Made by a program: the position numbers and the translations under genes
Shown here: positions 62,777-64,000 of the stretch, one piece after another
Position numbering within the stretch: the first letter of the stretch is position 1
Layout of the letters: every line of letters starts with the position of its first letter
The notes under the pieces: generated by a model
Seen by the model: only the letters and a program-made list of their open reading frames with translations
Database searches by the model: none
Told to the model about the DNA's origin: nothing
DNA from: Chrysemys picta bellii
Taxonomy: Eukaryota
Length of the DNA: 64,000 bases
Assembly: GCF_011386835.1 (NCBI RefSeq)
Contig: NC_088795.1
Coordinates: forward strand, 58,466,001 to 58,530,000
Reading direction: 5' to 3'

Positions 62777-64000
62777 CACAGCAGTCCTAAAAGCAGGACA
62801 AGAGAATTGTTCTCAAACCAGGATCTTTATTGTTTGCACAGCACAGGCTTCCATATGTTTCCTCAAAGGTTTCCTTGTAAATTATGTTGTCTTTGATAAT
62901 TACATTGTAGGAAAAAGAAACAATATTGAGCTGACTACAGTGCAAATGTAAGTTAACCCGTAATAAATGGAGTCTTTCTCTCATACACACCACTTTTACA
63001 GCATCCTCCTCACCAGTTTATATGCCGCTGCTGCGCTAGTAGCTTCTATCCTGAGGTAAATTACCATTGAATAATTGTAGTTCATGGTCAAAAATCAATT
63101 AAATGGAAATTACAGTTATTTATTTAAAAAGTTCAAGTAATATTTTACATCACAAATCTCTTAGGTGACAGGCTATATGGGTTAATCAGCAACCAGTTTT
63201 CACTGTGGTCATGACTCAAATCTCAAATCTGCAACAGGAATAATAGAAAAAAAAATCATGAAATGTTCACTCCTGTGACATATTGTAGGGGGTTAGGGAC
63301 TTACAAGAGTCTCTGGTACTATAATTCTCCACTATTTCCATCGCAATGCTCCTTATTGCACGATGCATTTTAAAATAACATGGTGGGGAAGGAGGGAGTA
63401 TACCGTGGACTCCTGCAAGATCTTCACTAGCCCCCTGCCCAACCCCTTCTCCCATTTAAAGTATCACAGGCTGAGCCTCATGTTACACCATCAACAAATG
63501 TGATATATTTTTCAGAAATAAAATATACACTTTTGCAGCAAATGCACCTAATATAAGTTTGTTTGTAAAGTGATCCTTGGTTGTTATGAGCAAATGTCCT
63601 AGTTTAAATTATCCTCCCCAGACGAATAGCTTCTCCAATCCATCACCCCTCATCTTCACAAGTACATAGTTGTGGGACATTTATGGTACCTACAATAGCA
63701 AAGATTTATAGCTTTCATTGTAAAATACAGAATAAAATATCCATGGCATCCATAGTTAAAGACTAACAGGAATTTTGCTAACCTTGGTGTTTGGCCTGAG
63801 GGGTAAATACATCTCAAGCAGTATTTTGTTGAGGAAATATAGGGAGTATTGCTGTCCATGGAACTGTAATTAAAAATATAATAACACATTTCTATGGAAT
63901 ATTGTAACTGAATTTTGGTCTAGCATTTCTATCCCTTCCCTAAAAAAACCCAAACCCTACTGTTTTAAGCAAAGAATCCAGCAGATGATCTGCCACGACT

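Overview
This is a gene-poor, transposon-rich vertebrate window. It is almost certainly from a turtle, because it carries a tortoise-type tRNA/CR1-tailed PolIII SINE, CR1, Penelope-like pieces and turtle-style Harbinger and hAT elements. I could not recognise any host protein-coding gene. The main elements are: (i) a decayed full-length Mag-like Gypsy retrotransposon (7242-11708) with two ~225-bp LTRs, PBS, PPT and gag/PR/RT/RH/IN remnants; (ii) a 3.5-kb Harbinger element (57338-60815) with a disrupted transposase and the last exon of its partner gene, inserted in a retroviral-type solo LTR; (iii) about seven solo LTRs with 5-bp TSDs; (iv) six non-autonomous hAT elements with 7-8-bp TSDs, two of them inserted at targets offset by 1 bp; (v) several Harbinger MITEs; (vi) Penelope-like fragments with decayed hammerhead-ribozyme motifs; (vii) CR1, RTE, L2 and MIR remnants. 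Repeat-free AT-rich stretches may be conserved non-coding elements, and three short same-phase candidate exons lie at 15.6-18.9 kb. I found no convincing new biological system. The findings concern mobile-element architecture and testable hypotheses. Family assignments come from recalled family features, not database searches.
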